Assembly (NCBI GenBank): GCA_000708835.1
Contig: DF236956.1
Span: 372,001-436,000, forward strand
Reading direction: 5' to 3'
DNA length: 64,000 nt
Source: Klebsormidium nitens
Lineage: Eukaryota > Plantae > Klebsormidiophyceae
The first letter of the stretch is position 1; every line of letters starts with the position of its first letter. Below, in pieces: positions 61,701 through 64,000 of this stretch. Both the position numbers and the translations under genes were made by a program. Under the pieces are notes generated by a model. The model was given only the letters and a program-made list of their open reading frames with translations, was not told where the DNA came from and made no database searches.

Positions 61701-63708
61701 GACCAATGAGAACACTTCAACTGATCACGTGATATTAGAAGTACAGACTGGTACAGGATGTCGTTAGAGAGGCAGTGTACAAAGCTGTACGCGGACCGGA
61801 GATGCGAAGCTGGTGAGCCTACCAGGTTTGGGTCAACGCGGAACTTCACATTGAACATCTCCGTCATTTTGTGCTCCGTGTCCCTGTCTTTCTCCCAACC
61901 TTTGGTCCGTTGGTCATCGCTGCCTACGTGCTGATTCCACAGCCTTCTTTCTCCAGGTCTACTTCACAAACGGCGCACACCCCCCCCAGCCCGACATGCA
62001 CGCCCATCACCACCCCGCTATGCCGCAGGGGGGTCCGGTGGCTGGGCCAACACCCCCCCACGATGGCCAGCACATGCATGGCCACGCGGAGGGGATGGGA
62101 CAGGATGGCGTACCAGCCGGGCAGACGACTGGTCACATGAAGCAAGACGGTTACCATGCTCAGGTAAGGCCCTTATGGACAATCTCAACGTGGTGAGAAG
62201 GATTGTGAGCGGGAGTTCCGTTGAGAGTCTTGACGAGGGTCCGTTATGGATCCTTGGCTTACGATCCATGAAGGTGCTACCTATGTTGTTTGAAGGGCCG
62301 TATTTCCAAGGTCAGAGGAGGTTTGACAGTTCTCAGCAAAGTTTTGACTGGCGGTCTTTTTGGCAATGGCGAGCCAGGCTGTCTCTCGGACCCAAGGTTC
62401 ATAAAACAAAAGTCTACTGACGTTATCAATTGTCCGTGTTGTGCTGCTAGCGCACGTTTACCACCAAGCGCTGCACTTTGTGTGGGGGCATAAAGGCCCA
62501 AAGAAAGCCCAACGTCAATCAGCGCTTTTTCATCATATCAACATAAGTGGATTCTTGAAAGAAGCACTGGTTGTCTGCAAGGCTCCCTAACGTCCCCTCA
62601 AGCCCGTCATTAACAAGCTGATGAGGCTGCTACTCCCCTATGCAGCAACCACAGGGATACCACTTGCAACAGGAGGAGATGGGCCATCGATTGGGCGACC
62701 CAGGAGCAACTCAAGCGCAGGGCCAGCAAGGTGCGTGTGTCGTACTTCTTTCTCAAGCCGTTCGCCGGTCGATAAGCCGTGGAAAGAAGGAAGTTGAAGA
62801 GCAGCGACCCTACAAGCAGTCGACCAGCTTGTAACTTTTGCTCTCCAGCGCTTCGGACTTTTAGCACTTCTTTGACTCGCAGTGGAATTCATGGTGGTCC
62901 GTCGCTCCCTGCAGGGCCGCCCATGTCCCAGGACGGTCGGCCGCCCGACGCCCCCCCTGGCCACGAGCAGTACGCCGGTCATCCCCCCCAATACGTGGAC
63001 GCCTCCGCCGCGCAGCACTGGCAGCAGCAGATGCACGCGCACTACTACCAGCAGCAAGCATACCCGCCGCAATATACATACGAGGGCGCCCCGCCTCCAA
63101 ATGCGCCGTACCAGCAGGGCCAGGAGTATGCGCATATGCAGCCGGGCGCTCCGCAGCATATGGAGCCGGCGGGTTATCATCAGGGGGGAGCGGAGTATGG
63201 GGCTGGGGGCGCAGCGTATCATCAGAGCGGAGAGCAGGTGGTGTATCAGCACGAGGGCGAGGGTGGGTACCATCAAGGGGGCGCCGAAGCTTATCAGCAG
63301 GGGGGGGAGGAAGCGTACCAGCATGAAGGAGCGGGGGCGTATCAACAGGCGAGCGGAGGGGGGTATCAGCAACCAGGTGAGGGGGTCTATCAGCAGGGAG
63401 GGGAAGGGGGGTACCAACAAGAGGGGGGGGCGGTTTATCAGCAGGACGGTTATCGGCAAGACGGAGAGGGGGGGTACCAAAACGCGCAGCCCCAGCAGCA
63501 TCAGGCGCCGCAAGGTTACGTGTTGCAACAGGACGCCGCGCTTAATGAGTATCTGGTGGGTGACCAAGCTGCGGGCCGGCATTACGCAGAGGGGTATGCT
63601 CATCAAGGGGGGCAACCTGGGGGGCCGGACGCCGGGGATACCGGGCAAGCGGGTGGCTTCCAAAGCGGTGCAACCGAAGGGGCGATACAAGGAGCACCGG
63701 TTCAATGA
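58710..63708 (+). CDS. TRF-like (TRFL/TRP1 group) telomere-repeat-binding Myb protein with Myb extension, a Pro-rich N-terminal region and a Q/G/Y-rich C-terminal tail; 5' end uncertain
   Basis: Exons 58710-59542, 59851-60047, 60374-60437, 60942-61115, 61957-62163, 62646-62730 and 62915-63708, with a probable upstream exon at ~58193-58272. RRARKLFTVGEVEALVTAVERLGPGRWREVK..F.HADHRTYGDLKDKWKTLVKTAQIAPQQRRG..IPEELLERV..AHAFW matches the plant TRFL Myb plus extension. Linkage of the last three exons rests on compatible splice phases. Confidence 0.85.
60705..60860 (+). repeat. Two intronic copies of the acceptor and start of the TRFL DKWKTL exon
   Basis: ttttgcag|gacaagtggaagacgctggtgaagacggcccagat (60711-60753) and tttcag|gacaggaagaagacggcccagatcggccccagca (60818-60858) versus the functional start at 60942. 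Confidence 0.9.
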
Positions 63709-64000
63709 GCTAGCAGCACAAGCCAGAGCATTGCCAGGAATGAAATGTCAACTCTGTACCGGATCTGTGAACAATAGCGAGCTGTTGTTGTGCTGCACTT
63801 TGTGTACAACGGGTGCATGATGCTATGGCATGTGCAAGTGTCGAGTGTCTTGCTGAAATTCACTGAGCAAGCATGTGGCTGTTGGCATAGAGTACAGTGT
63901 AGAGTCTGCCCATTGCAGTACGGACGTGGATTGGCGTTGCACACTGACATGCGACGAAAGTACCCCACGATCAGCTTGCATCATGTTTACATTGACGGCA

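Noticed and set aside
1-64000. tRNA, rRNA or snRNA genes
   Set aside because: No cloverleaf, rRNA or Sm-site signatures were recognised by eye. A covariance-model search would be needed to exclude them.

Overview
Intron-rich eukaryotic nuclear DNA from a green plant lineage. The GC-rich exons and plant-type gene families suggest a streptophyte alga such as Klebsormidium (inference). I reconstructed eight spliced genes by hand from GT/GC-AG junctions and reading-frame continuity: an ANKRD13-like ankyrin/GPCR-chaperone protein (+), phytochelatin synthase (-), a DUF268 methyltransferase-like membrane protein (+), galactinol synthase (+), a GH29 alpha-L-fucosidase-like protein (+), a ~1456-aa CH-like/coiled-coil protein (-), a small ubiquitin-like-domain protein (+) and a TRFL-type telomere-repeat Myb protein with a long Q/G/Y low-complexity tail (+). 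Between PCS and DUF268 lies a nested insertion: an apparently intact 6.6-kb P-element-superfamily DNA transposon (TIRs, 8-bp TSD) inside a decayed 5'-truncated RTE/RTEX-like LINE. The most striking unexplained structure is that about 30 or more decaying tandem 'echo' copies of exon-intron junctions (splice site plus the adjacent exon end) sit inside the introns of six of the eight genes, always on the intron side of the functional junction.
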